A DNA stretch of 64,000 bases. Origin: Basidiobolus meristosporus CBS 931.73. Its lineage: Eukaryota; Fungi; Basidiobolomycota. Positions 1 through 11,815 of this stretch are shown here, one piece after another. The notes under the pieces are model-generated. The model was not told the origin of the DNA, searched no databases, and worked only from the letters and a program-made list of their open reading frames with translations. The DNA lies in the NCBI GenBank assembly GCA_002104905.1, contig MCFE01000324.1:1-64000 (forward strand), in the 5' to 3' direction. The stretch's first letter is position 1, and the number at the start of each line of letters is the position of its first letter. The translations under genes and the position numbers were made by a program.

Positions 1-140
1 GTAAAATGCCATCTCAATCACATTATAAGATTGTGTGGTGCATCAGTAATCCCAAGCTGCTTGCATTATTATGGACTCATTGTGAGATCCTGATAACTAA
101 TCCAGATTGAATCCACCAACAGGACCAAGTCATTTTTCAC

Positions 141-330
141 AGGGGTTGCAGCACTTCTTCAAGAGCAATGATCAAGAAAACCTACTTGAATACTTTAAGG
201 ATTTATTGCAAATACTGGCAGGTGAGGTGTTGGACCTTGCAGTGCTTGCTGAAGACCAGGATATATGGAAAGCAATGATTAAACAGTAGCATAAAGCCCT
301 AGGGTTCCCACCAAAATCTTGGGAAAGGGT
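141..330 (+). repeat. Unclassified dispersed repeat (copy 1); C-terminal coding remnant
   Basis: Aligns by eye to 11620-11815: QGLQHFFKSNDQENLLEYFKDLLQILAGEVLDLAVLAEDQDIWKAMIKQ* vs KRLQHCFKSCPQEKVLEYCKDILPRLAVEMLDHAILANNQELRELVNEKLR*. Confidence 0.6.
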
Positions 331-1017
331 GTTATAACAGAAATGCTTATTGACTAGTGGACTTTAATGGATTTACTTGTTGAATGTGGAGTTGGGCTTG
401 ATATAGGTGTTGGGTATAGGGGCTGGTATAGTTAGTTACAATTGGCAATTGTGATACAATTATAGTGTCAACAGAAATAAATCAAGTTGTATGCATGAGA
501 AGTAAGAGGATTGTTTGAGTCAGGAAGTAAGGAGTGTGAAGAAGAGGCAATATCCAAGCAATGTACATACACATAGGAGGTGATTGATTGTCGAAGATCA
601 GAAAGTGTGAGAACTAGCAGAAGACCAACCAAGAGCCACTTATGTACTGTTACAATGAAAATTTTTGACCCAGTTTTTTGTGAAATCTGTTGTGCAACTA
701 TCTTTAAATAATCTTTGCACAGTGTCCCAAGGGGATCAGTACATCTTAGTCATGAGACTTTTATTTTGGGACAGCCTTTTGGTGAGATTGTTGCATTTAT
801 TTCTCATATGGCATTATTGTGAATTTAAGCATGCAAACAGATTTTTGGCTAGCATTGGTATGCTAAGAAAGTATCTCAAGAATAGCAGAGACTATCAAAG
901 GCAAAAGAACAAGGGTACTATGGCTAAAAACTAGTGGCTTCCTCAAGAGCTTGTCACAAGCAGGGCTGAAAGCTTCAAACAAGCATCAAAGAAATTTCAG
1001 GTAGCCAGAAGAGTGCT

Positions 1018-2430
1018 ATTTGTATACATCCTTGCTTATCTTGAAAAAAGCAATAGGCATTTATTGACATAGGCCTAAATCTGTAAATAGCTTTCTCCAC
1101 CACATTGCTTCTTTTGTAGCTTTACAGGGACCACAAGTCCCAAATCTTAGCAGGCCTCCACCTTACCAGTTTGGTCATTTTTCCAAACCTTGCCCCTGCT
1201 CCTCCCCCTTTGTCCACCCCGCAGTTTGCCCTGCCTTGCCCCCCCCCATCTGTTTAGCAAGGGGGAGCCACCAAATTGGGGGGGCTTTGGGGGGGCAGTA
1301 AAGCACACTGGTTGCCCTCCGGCTTTCCCACAAAAAACAGGCAGGGGCCCCCCAGGGGGGGAAATCCCCCGATTGGCCCCCCAACCCTTTGGGCTGGTGG
1401 GGGGTGGGGGGAATGGGGGGAAAGCACTCCCAGTAGTGGAAAGTGTTACAGTTGGTTGCTCTCTTGAATTCTATGAAATAGCACCTCAACAGTAAAGAAA
1501 GATGTATATGCTGTGAATCATTTGTGCTCTCAATTCTGCTCTATGAGCTTCAGAGTATCTTACAATATCCCAGTCTGAATTCTTATCAGTGTACCTTAAG
1601 GAGTTAAATCTGCTTAATTGCTGCAATATGATCTGATCATAGTTCTAATTATGCTGGCTGTCAACTCCCATAGAATATAAGATATCTTGACATGCTTCAA
1701 GTCTGACTTGCATCAGACTGCCAACCTTGGATATGTAAGTGAATTCTGAGCTTTAAGATCACACCAAGCTTTCCAAATTAAGCAGAATTCTGGCCTGGTT
1801 AGGGTTTGTCTCCATTGAGGTGGCTGCAGGTTTCCAGTTTACCATATGGTACTTCTTCTGTATATCTTGGATAAACTTGAGCTTATTTAGGGTGATAGCC
1901 TGGGCACTTCTGTCAATGAATTACTTTATCCCTAAGTAGTAGCTGAGCTCTCCTAGGTTGGATATACTGAGTTCCTTTGAAAGTTGGGATTTTGTCACTT
2001 TCAATATTTTATAGTTACAAGTAGCAATAATAAGATCATCCAAACAGAGTGCCAATAGAGCTGGATTGGCTCTATCTTGCAAGTGGTAGATGCTATAGTC
2101 AGCAGTTATTCCTTGAAAACTCAGATATTATGAATAAACATTTATGTTGCAATTTCAGGCTTTTTTCACTGTTTCAGGTCATTTAGTACTTTTTTAAGCC
2201 GGTAAACCAAATGGGGCTATCTTAGCCCAGAAACTCATCAGGCTGATTTATGTACATGTGCTCACCAGGTTCCTCACTCCAAGATGCCGCTTTTACATCC
2301 ATTTTTTGAATGAAGAATGTATATTGGGCTGCAAGAGCCAACAGTAGTCTCATGGAATTACACTTGGCTACTGGTGCAAAAGCTTGGTGCAGTCAAGCCC
2401 TTTTGTTAAAGAGTATCCCTTGCTCACAAG
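1018..2430 (-). mobile_element. Degenerate Ty1/copia RT-RNase H fragment, inverted relative to neighbours
   Basis: Reverse complement matches the plus-strand copia pol at ~6770-8440 (RLVAKGYS region through ALSTTEAEY/EATKEAMW); many stops and frameshifts. Confidence 0.9.
1131..1425. other. GC-rich, homopolymer-rich block interrupting the inverted RNase H
   Basis: Runs of C then runs of G between two collinear RNase H segments; no clear TSD. Confidence 0.6.
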
Positions 2431-3457
2431 TTGCTCATACTACTCTGTGATTCTACCTCATTTGAAGCATGGCTTAGACACAGACCAAGTGCAGAACATG
2501 TTGGAATATTTGGGTGTAGAGCATATGCAATGAAACTGCCTGGGAATCAGTCAAAATTTGAGCCAAAAAGTGTAAAATTCATATTTTTGGGCTACTGCAA
2601 TGAGAGTGAAGCATGCAGACTCAACAATACAAAGCAAAGATGCTGGTCAGGTCCAGGGATGTGTGTTTTGATGAAAGTTCAAAATTATCACAGATAATGA
2701 TATCAAATGATAAGAAAATTTTGATCTCAAGTCCACCAACCGTCAGGAATGAATCCAAGCAAAGCAATGAGAACTTTTTACTCCAAAGAACTCTACAATC
2801 ATGCTTCATCCTGAATCTGGGCCCAAGAATATCCCAGAAGTGATCATTTCTGTAACAAATGCCAGAGGATCCAACTGGACAAGATATAGCCCAAAGTACT
2901 AAATCAATGAGGGTGCAAACTTAGCCTATGCCTATTCAGTCAATATTGATGAACCCAGACTTTAAAAGAGGCCTTAAATAGCCCTCAGACAAAGTTTTGG
3001 AGATCTGCAATGACTGAGGAATATCAGGCTCTGATGGAAAATCAAACTTGGGACTTGGTCAAATTAGCAATCAACCAAAAATCTATTGAATGCAGATGGG
3101 CCTTAAAGACAAATATAAGGCTGATGGTACAATTGAAAGATACAAAGCAACACTTGTGACAAAAGATATTCTCAAACAAAAGGACTTGACTATACTGAGA
3201 CCTTTGCACTAGTAGCCAAGTTTAATGTTGTAAATACTAAGTTGTCACCAAAATATTCATGCTAAATTAGTCGCATAGATTTTATTCTTTGATTAGCATT
3301 CTGTCCTGATCAAATCTCTTGTTGGGATTTGCTTGGATTATTTTCATCAAATTATCAGGTACCCAGATTATGATCTTTCTCAAAGTTGTCCAAAAGCCCC
3401 CAAACTTTGCACACATATTCTTGGGACCTTCCTTAACAAACTCTGCATGTTTGTTTT

Positions 3458-3806
3458 TGTTGTAAAAATTTGTAATTCCACCTATATATTCACCTAACTT
3501 AGCCACTTGAATCTTTACCCTCAAGTTCTAGAGAATACTGACCAAATTCCTTGTTGGGATTTACTTAGAATATTTTCACCAAAATACCAGGTACCCAGAA
3601 CATGAGATATTACAAAGTTGTCAAAACTGCCCCAAACTTTGCACACATGCTCTTGGGACCTTCCTTAGCCTATTCTATGAGTTTTTAACGCCAAGACCAG
3701 GTAAAAGTATAAATACTACCTATACATTTAATAAATCATTAAGTGAAAGCCACATAATCAACTTGTTCTTCCAATCACTTCCAATATCTCCAGAACTCTT
3801 ACAACA
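3458..3806 (+). repeat. 5' LTR (LTR-A)
   Basis: TGTTGTAA...TTACAACA inverted termini; TATAAATA box inside. Confidence 0.95.
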
Positions 3807-3818
3807 GGTTATGAGCCC
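3807..3818 (+). other. Primer-binding site complementary to the anticodon arm of initiator tRNA-Met
   Basis: GGTTATGAGCCC immediately after the LTR; contains the gag ATG (3811). Confidence 0.85.
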
Positions 3819-4883
3819 CAAGCTGTCACTCTCTGCAATATCTACTACTGCTCTTACTGGAATTGTTCCCTCTGCTGAAAAGTTGGATGGATCTAACTGC
3901 AAAGTGTGGAAGGTGAAGATGAAGATGCTACAACAAGAAAGAGGCCTTTGGGATATTGTCATGGGAGAAGAATACCCTCCTAAAAATGTGGGAGAGGAAG
4001 CCTTGAGGTACCAGAAGAAAGAACAAAGTGCCTTTAACTGCATTTGCCTTAATGTTAAGGACAAATTGCTAATTCAATGCTCAAGAGCAAAAACGGCAAA
4101 GAATGCCTGGAAGGCATTAGAAGACACCTACCAGTCATTTCAGCTGCCAAGAAAACGTATCTGAGACAAAAATTCTTTACTACAAAGATGCTGCCAGGAG
4201 AAGAAATGAAAAATCTAATTAACAGAATACCCTGCTGTTAGATGAGATGGAATCTGTGGGCATACCAACTACTGATGATGATGTGATAGATACCATCCTG
4301 AATAGCCTGACAGACAAGTTTCAGGGCCTTGTATCAGCCCCAGAGTCCAACTCTGAAGATTTGACCTTAAATTATGTATGTGGAAGGCTCCTGGATGATG
4401 AATTAAGGAAATCAAGTGCCAATCAGAAGGAAGAAGAAAATGCTTTAATAAGCAGTGATAACAAACAAAGGAGGTACCCAAGACCCTACAAAGGCAACAG
4501 CAACCTGTTTTGCAACTACTGCAAAAGGAAAGGACACATATCAGACCGGTGCTTCAAAAAGAAAGACAGTCAGCAGAAAAAGCCTGAATATGGAAATGCT
4601 GCAACAACTGAAGATAGACTATTCATATCTGCACTAAACACAACCCCGAACAAGGATTCTCAGATGTGGTATATTGACTCTGGAGCATCTCAAGACTTTA
4701 CACACCAAAAAGAACTCTTTACCCAATATCAAGAAATTCCAATTAAGAATGTTTTCATGGGTGACAATCAAACACTTGATGCAGTGGGAGAAGGAACTAT
4801 TCAAGTAAACCTAAGAAGCAGTGAAGGAAGTCATACACTGACCTTTAAAGAAGTACTCTATGTACCAGAAATAGCCAAGAACC

Positions 4884-5231
4884 TGTTGTAAAAATTTGTA
4901 ATTCCACCTAAATATTCACCTAACTTAGTCACTTTGATCATTACCCTCAAATCCTAGAGAATACTGACCAAATCCCTTGTTGGGATTTACTTGGAATATT
5001 TTCACCAAAATACCAGGTACCCCAAACATGAGAATTCTCAAAGTTGTCCAAACAGCCCCAAACTTTGCACACATGTTCTTGGGACCTTCCTTAACCTATT
5101 CTACGTGTTTGTAATGCCAAGACCAGGTAAAAGTATATATGCTACTTTACATTCAATAAATCTTCAAGTGAAAACCACATAATCTACCTGTCCTCCCAAT
5201 CACTTCCAATATCTCCAAGACTTTTACAACA
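4884..5231 (+). repeat. Solo LTR-A inserted at the end of the protease region of the layer-3 element (layer 4)
   Basis: TG..CA termini; exact TSD GAACC at 4879-4883 and 5232-5236; removal restores the KNLLSVS motif. Confidence 0.95.
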
Positions 5232-8200
5232 GAACCTACTATCTGTAAGCAAGGCCACTGCAGAAGGACTCAGTTTCAGCTTTGACAATTCTGGATGCAA
5301 GATCACTGATCAAAATGGTGCCCATATTGCTTTAGGTATTGGAGATCAGAAACTATACAAGTTGACTTATGTTCCAACATATTTGGAAGCCAATATAAGT
5401 AACTTAAATGAAGAAACACCAATGCTTTGGCACAGGAGATTTGGGCACATCAATTTTGATTCTTTGCGCAAAATGATCAAAGATCAGCTATTTTACAGAG
5501 TAAAAATTGATCCCACAGCTAATTTGGAGCACTGTGAAGCCTGCAGATATGGGAAACAAGTCAGACAACTGTTCAAGAGCTCTGGGCTAATCAAAACTAA
5601 GAGAAAATTAGATCAATTCACTCAAATTTGTGTGGACCTATGCAAAATTTATCCTTAGGCAGGATGAAGTATTTCATCACTTTTATTAATGATTATACAA
5701 GATACACATGGATCTACTTTGTGGAGAGAAAGGAAGAAGCTCTTCCTAAGCTTTGGGAGCTTAAAGCCATGGTGGAGAGAGAAACTGGTGAAAAAATCAA
5801 GAAAATATGCTCTGACAATAGTGGAGAATATACCTTAAAACTCTTCATCCACTTCTGCAAAATTCATGGGATAAAGCAGGAGACTACTGAACCATACTTC
5901 CCACAGCAAAATGAAGTAGCAGAACGTGCTAACAGATCAATAATTGATATGGCAAGATCTATGATCCATGATCAATAATTATCCTATGATTTTTGGGCGT
6001 AATCAGTTGCCACTGCTATATATCTTAAAAATTGGAGTTATAACAGAATAACTTGTGATTCTACTCCAACTGAAGCATGGTATGGAAACAGACCAAGTGC
6101 AGAACATCTAAGAATATTTGGGTGTACAGCATATGCCAAGAAACTGCCCAGAAATCCATCAAAATTTGAGCCAAAAAGTGTAAAATGCATATTTTTGCGC
6201 TACTGCAATGAGAGTAAAGCATACACACTCTACAATACCAAAGCAAAGAAGCTGATCAAGTCCAGGGATGTGTTGTTTGATGAAAATTCAAAATTTTCAC
6301 AAAAAATGACATCAGATGATGACAAATTCTGATCTCAAATCCATCAATTGTCAGGATTGAATCAGAGCAAAACAATAAAAGTTTTTTCACTCCCAAGGAC
6401 TCTACAACCATGGTTCTGCTAGAATCAGTGCCCAGGAATACCCCAGAAGTGATCATTCTAGTATCAAATGCCCAGAGATCCAATCAGACAAGAAATAGCC
6501 CAAATTACTGTATCAATGAGAGTACAAACTTAGCCTATGCCTATTCAGTCCATATTGATGAGCCCCAGACTGTAAAAGAGGCCCTAAATAGCCCTCAGAC
6601 AAAGCTTTGGAGATCTGCAATGACTGAGGAATATCAGGCTCTGATGGAAAATCAAACTTGGGACTTGGTAAAATTAGCAATCAACCAAATATCAATTGGA
6701 TGCAGATGGGTCTTCAAGACAAAATACAAGGCTGATGGTACAATTGAAAGATACAAAGCAAGACTTGTGGCCAAAGGATACTCTCAAGCAAAAGGACTTG
6801 ACTATACTGAGACCTTTGCACTGGTAGCCAAGTTTAATTCCATCAGATTAATATTGGTTATTGCAGCCAAATATAAGTCATTTATTCATTGAATGGACAT
6901 AAAAGCTGCATCTTTGAATGAAGAACTTGATGAGGACATGTGTATGGACCAGCCTGATGGGCTTGTTGACCAAGATAACCCCCATTTGGTCTGAAAGCTT
7001 AAAAAGTCACAATATAGTCTCAAACAATCACCAAGAGCCTGGAGTTGCAAGATAGATTATTATTTGGAATCTTTGAGTTTTCAAAGAGGTAATGCTGACT
7101 ATAGTATATACTATAAGCCAGATAGAGCAAATCCAGCTCTATTAGATCTATATGTGGATTATTGTATTATGGCTGCCAATAACCTAGAAACTTTGGAATT
7201 GACTGAATTCAGCCTATCTAAAGAGCTCAAGATGTCTGATCTAGGAGAACTCAGTTACTACTTAGGGATAAAGCTCTCCATAGACAGAGGTACCCACACT
7301 ATCACCCTAAGCCAATCCAAGTATACTCAAGATATACTTAAGAAGTACCAAATGGAAGACTGCAAACCAGCAGCTACTCCTATGGAGACAAACCTTAACT
7401 TGGTCAAAACTCAACCAAATCAAGAGAACTTGGTACCATTGGAAAGCCCTAACTTTCCTTTTCATTCTATGACTGGCAGCCTGGTGTACATCTTGCTTGG
7501 GATATGTCCAGGCATCTCACATTCAGTGTGAGATGTCAGCCAGCATAATCAGAACTATGAATATAATCATATTGTAGCAGATGAGCAGATCTTTAGGAAA
7601 GGAACTGCTGATATCTGCTTAAGATACACTTATAAAAATTCAGAACAGGATCTTGTGGGATACCATGATGCTGATTGGGGACAAAATTTGGAAGACAGAA
7701 GATCCACCACAGGATTCATCTTTCCTCACTGTCAAGGAGCAACTTCATAGAACCTCTAGGAGAACTTAGTTACTACTTAGGGATTAAGTTCTCCATAGAC
7801 AGAAGTACCCACACTATCACCCTAAGCCAATCCAAGTATATTCAAGATATACTAAAGAAGTACCAAATGGAAGACTATAAACCAGCAGCTACCCCAGTGG
7901 AGACAAGCCTTAACTTGGTCAAAACTCAACCAAATCAAGAAAGCTTAGTGCCATCTGAAAGCCATGACTTTCCTTATCAATATATGGTCGGCAGTCTGAA
8001 GTATATCATGCTTGGAACATGTCCAGATATCTCATATTCAGTGGGAGTTATCAGCCAACATAATCAGAACTATGGATCTGATCATATTGCAGCAGTTAAG
8101 CGTATTTTTAGATACCTAAAAGGAACTTCTGACATCTGCTTAAGATACACTTATAAGGACTCAGAACAGGATCTTGTGGGATACTCTGATGCTGATTGGG

Positions 8201-8648
8201 GACAAAATTTAGAAGACAAAAGATCCACCACAGGATACACCTTTCTCTACTCTAAAGGAGCAATTTCATGGAATTCAAGAAAGCAACCAACCGCAGCACT
8301 TTCTACCACAGAGGCAGAGTATATGGCAGTCTTTGAGGCTACAAAAGAAGCAATGTGGTTAAGAAAGCTTTTTACAGATTTAGGCCTATGTCAAAAAATG
8401 CCTATTACTTTATTTCAAGATAATCAAGGATGCATACAATTAGGTAGATATCCAACTTTTCATGCTAGAACCAAGCACATAGATATTAGACATCATTTCA
8501 TATGTGAAGCTATAGAGACTAACTTAGTCAGCTTAGTTTACTGTCCTACAGATGAAATGATTGCAGACATATTTACCAAACCATTAGCTAGAGACAAATT
8601 TGAATATTTTGGGTTAAAATTTGGACTTGTCAGTATGAACATTTAGCT

Positions 8649-9005
8649 GAGTGGGAGTGTAGTAAAATTTGTAATTACACCTAAATATTCACCTAACTTA
8701 GTCACTTAAATCATTACCCTCAAATTCTAGAGAATACTGACCAAGTTCTTTGTCAGGATTTACTTGGAATATTTTCACCAAAATACCAGGTACCCAGAAC
8801 ATGAGAATTCTCAAAGTTGTCCAAACAGCCCCAAACTTTGCACACATGTTCTTGGGACCTTCCTTAACCTATTCTATGTGTTTGTTTTGCCAAGACCAGG
8901 TAAAAGTATAAATACTACCTTTACATTCAATAAATCATTAAGTGAAAGCCACATAATCAACTTGTTCTTCCAATCACTTCCAATATCTCCAAGACTCTTA
9001 CAGCA
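8649..9005 (+). repeat. Polypurine tract (8649-8657) and 3' LTR (8658-9005)
   Basis: GAGTGGGAG followed by TGTAGTAA...TTACAGCA; homologous to 3458-3806. Confidence 0.93.
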
Positions 9006-10428
9006 GTTTTCTCTACACTATCAAAAGAATAAATACCATACTTTTGATCAATAAATCAACAAGTGATTAACATGTAAATCCTCTAGGTCTCCGCAACACT
9101 TCCAGTACTCCTCAGAATATTGCAACATTTAATTCCATCAGACTAATATTGGCTATTGCAGCCAAATATAAGTTTTTTATGCATCAAATGGATGTAAAAG
9201 CTGCATTTTTGAATGAAGAACTCACAGAGGATGTGTATATGGACCAGTCTGATGGTATGCTGACCATGCTAGCCTGCATTTGGTCAGCAAGTTTAAAAAA
9301 TCTCAATATGATCCCAAACAATCACTAAGAGCCTGGAATTGCAAAATAGATTCTTATTTGGAATCTTTGAGTTTCAAAAGAAGTAATGCTGACTATAGTA
9401 TATACTTCAAGCTAGATAGAGCAAATCTGGTTTGGTTGATTTGATATGTGGATGATTGTATTATACCTAACCTAAAAACATTGGGAGAGAATAAATCCAG
9501 CCTATAAAGAGTTCAAGATGTCTGATCTAGGAGAACTTAGTTATTACTTAGGGATAAAGCTCTCCATAGACAGAAGTACCCACACTATCACCCTAAGTCA
9601 ATCCAAGTATATTCAAGATATACTTAAGAAGTACCAAATGGAAGACTGTAAACCAGCAGCTACCCTTATGGAGACAAACCTTAACTTGGTCAAAACTCAA
9701 CCAAATCAAGAGAACTTGGTACCATTGGAAAGCCCTAACTTTCCTTTTCATTCTATGACTGGCAGCCTGATGTACATCTTGCTTGGGATATGTCCAGGTA
9801 TCTCACATTCAGTGTGATTTGTCAGCCAGCATAATCAGAACTATGAATATGATCATATTGTAGCAGTTGAGTGGATTTTTAGATACCTGAAAGGAACTGC
9901 TGATATCTGCTCAAGATACACTTATAACAATTCAGAACAGGATCTTGTGGGATACTCTGATGCTGATTGGGGACAAAATTTAGAAGACGGAAGATCTACC
10001 ACAGGATACACCTTTCTCTAATGTAAAGGAGAAATTTCATGGAATTCAAGAAAGCAATCAACTGTAGCACTTTCTACCACAGAGGCAGAGTATATGGCAG
10101 CCTGTGAAGCTACAAAAGAAGCAATGTGGTTAAGTAAGCTTTTTACAGATTTATGCCTATGTCAAAAAATGCCTATTACTTTATTTCAAGATATTCAAGG
10201 ATGTATACAATTAGGTAGAAATCTATCTTTTCATGCTACAGCTAAGCACATAGGTATTAGACATCATTTCATATGTGAAGCTATAGAGAATAGCTTAGTT
10301 AGCTTAGCTTACTGTTCTTCAGATGAAATGATTGCAGATATATTTACCAAACCATACACTATAGACCAGTTTGAATATCTTAGGTTAAAATTAGGACTAG
10401 TCAGTGTGAACATTTAGCTTAGTGAGAG

Positions 10429-10748
10429 TGTTGTAAGAGTTGGTAATTCCACCTAAATATTCATCTAATCCTAGAAAGTGCTGACCAAATTCCTCACTGG
10501 GATTTACTTAGAATATTTTCACCAAATACCAGGTACCCAGAACATGAAAATTCTCAAAGTTGTCCAAACAGCCCCAAACTTTGTACATATATTCTTGGGG
10601 TCTTCCTGAGTCTATACTATGTGTTTGTTCAGCCAAGACCATGTAAAAGTATAAGTACTACTTTTACATTCAATAGATCATTAAGTGAAAACCACATAAT
10701 CTACTTGTTCTCCCAAATCACTTCCAATATTTCCAAGACTCTTCAACA
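10429..10748 (+). repeat. 3' LTR of the outer element
   Basis: TGTTGTAA start after purine tract; LTR-A homology up to ...CTCTTCAACA. Confidence 0.85.
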
Positions 10749-10882
10749 CTCTACACATCTGTTTACTCTACTTTATCAAAAATATAAATATCATGCTTTT
10801 GCTCAGTAAATCTACAAGTGAATAACATGTTAATCCTCTAGTTCTCTACATCACTTCTAATACTCCTTAGAATATTGCAACA
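10749..10882 (+). repeat. 3' half of another LTR-B copy
   Basis: Homologous to ~3440-3457 plus 9011-9127; ends AATATTGCAACA. Confidence 0.8.
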
Positions 10883-11619
10883 GAGGCCAGCATATCATTG
10901 AACCTTCAGGAGCTCAAGGCCAAGCAGAATGTGGCTGACTTGATCCATTAGCATTATTCAGAATACAATCAAGCAAACAGACACTGAGCCAGTATTGATA
11001 TGCTCAGAGACATGCCCTCAAAAATGCAGAAGAGCAAAGGTACCAGGGCCAAAGACAAGTGGCTGCCACAAGTGCCCATTTCAGGCAGGGTTGAAAGCTC
11101 TGGGCCAGTGGCAATGAAGCATCTGGTGGCCAGAAGAGTGCCAATAAGGGAAAAGCAAGTAGAAGCAGATGCAACAGTGCAGCATTTATCAAGGAAAAGT
11201 GTATCACAACACAAGAGGCACTCAGTTAAAGGAGCAGTTAAGGGTGTTGCAGTGATTGAGTAAAAGGGAAAAAGGAAGGAAAAAAGTGCACCCATGCCAG
11301 TCACATAGAAGTGTGAATATAATACCACAGCTCTTGCTAATTGACACTGTCAGTGCAGAATATTCTCAATCCTTAATAGCCAACACAAATTACCAACAAG
11401 ATCATAGTTGCTGTCACAGGTTCAAAGCACAGTCAGATGTGCTACACTCCAGTAAGGTTGATGAGTTTGCAGAGAAAAGCTTTTTGTCTACCACTGCCTC
11501 CATTTCCTTCTTTGTTGACAAAGTAGAGCCCCCACTGTAAGGTAAAGCAGCAATGTCAAGGAAATACAGGACTAGTACAATACCAGCAGTAGAACTCAGA
11601 GTATTAATAAGCTCACCAA

Positions 11620-11815
11620 GAGGTTGCAGCACTGCTTCAAGAGTTGTCCTCAAGAGAAAGTACTTGAATACTGCAAGGATATATTGCCAAGGCTGGCAGT
11701 TGAGATGCTAGACCATGCAATACTGGCCAATAACCAGGAGTTAAGAGAACTGGTGAATGAAAAATTGCGTTAGGCTGCATGGCTCCTACCAAAGTCATGG
11801 GCAAAGGGCCTTAGA
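11620..11815 (+). repeat. Unclassified dispersed repeat (copy 2)
   Basis: Homologous to 141-330; CpG-depleted. Confidence 0.6.

Larger units (their letters stand above)
3458..9005 (+). mobile_element. Full-length but decayed Ty1/copia retrotransposon (layer 3): LTR-PBS-gag-PR-IN-RT-RH-PPT-LTR
   Basis: Two ~348-bp LTRs; exact TSD GTTTT at 3453-3457 and 9006-9010; gag zinc knuckle CNYCKRKGHISDRC; protease WYIDSGAS; GAG-pre-integrase LWHRRFGH; integrase ...ERANR; RT; RNase H YSDADW; copia domain order. Confidence 0.95.
3226..9127 (+). repeat. Solo LTR of a related subfamily (LTR-B), split into 3226-3457 and 9011-9127 (layer 2)
   Basis: TGTTG...CAACA termini; exact TSD TTTAA at 3221-3225 and 9128-9132; the halves sum to ~350 bp. 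Confidence 0.88.
2431..10748 (+). mobile_element. Outer 5'-truncated Ty1/copia element (integrase C-term, RT, RNase H, PPT, 3' LTR), layer 1 of the nest
   Basis: RT reading VAKFN|SIRLILA is rejoined when 3226-9132 (insert plus one TSD copy) is removed; RNase H ORF 10094-10417; purine tract then LTR TGTTGTAA at 10429. Confidence 0.88.
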
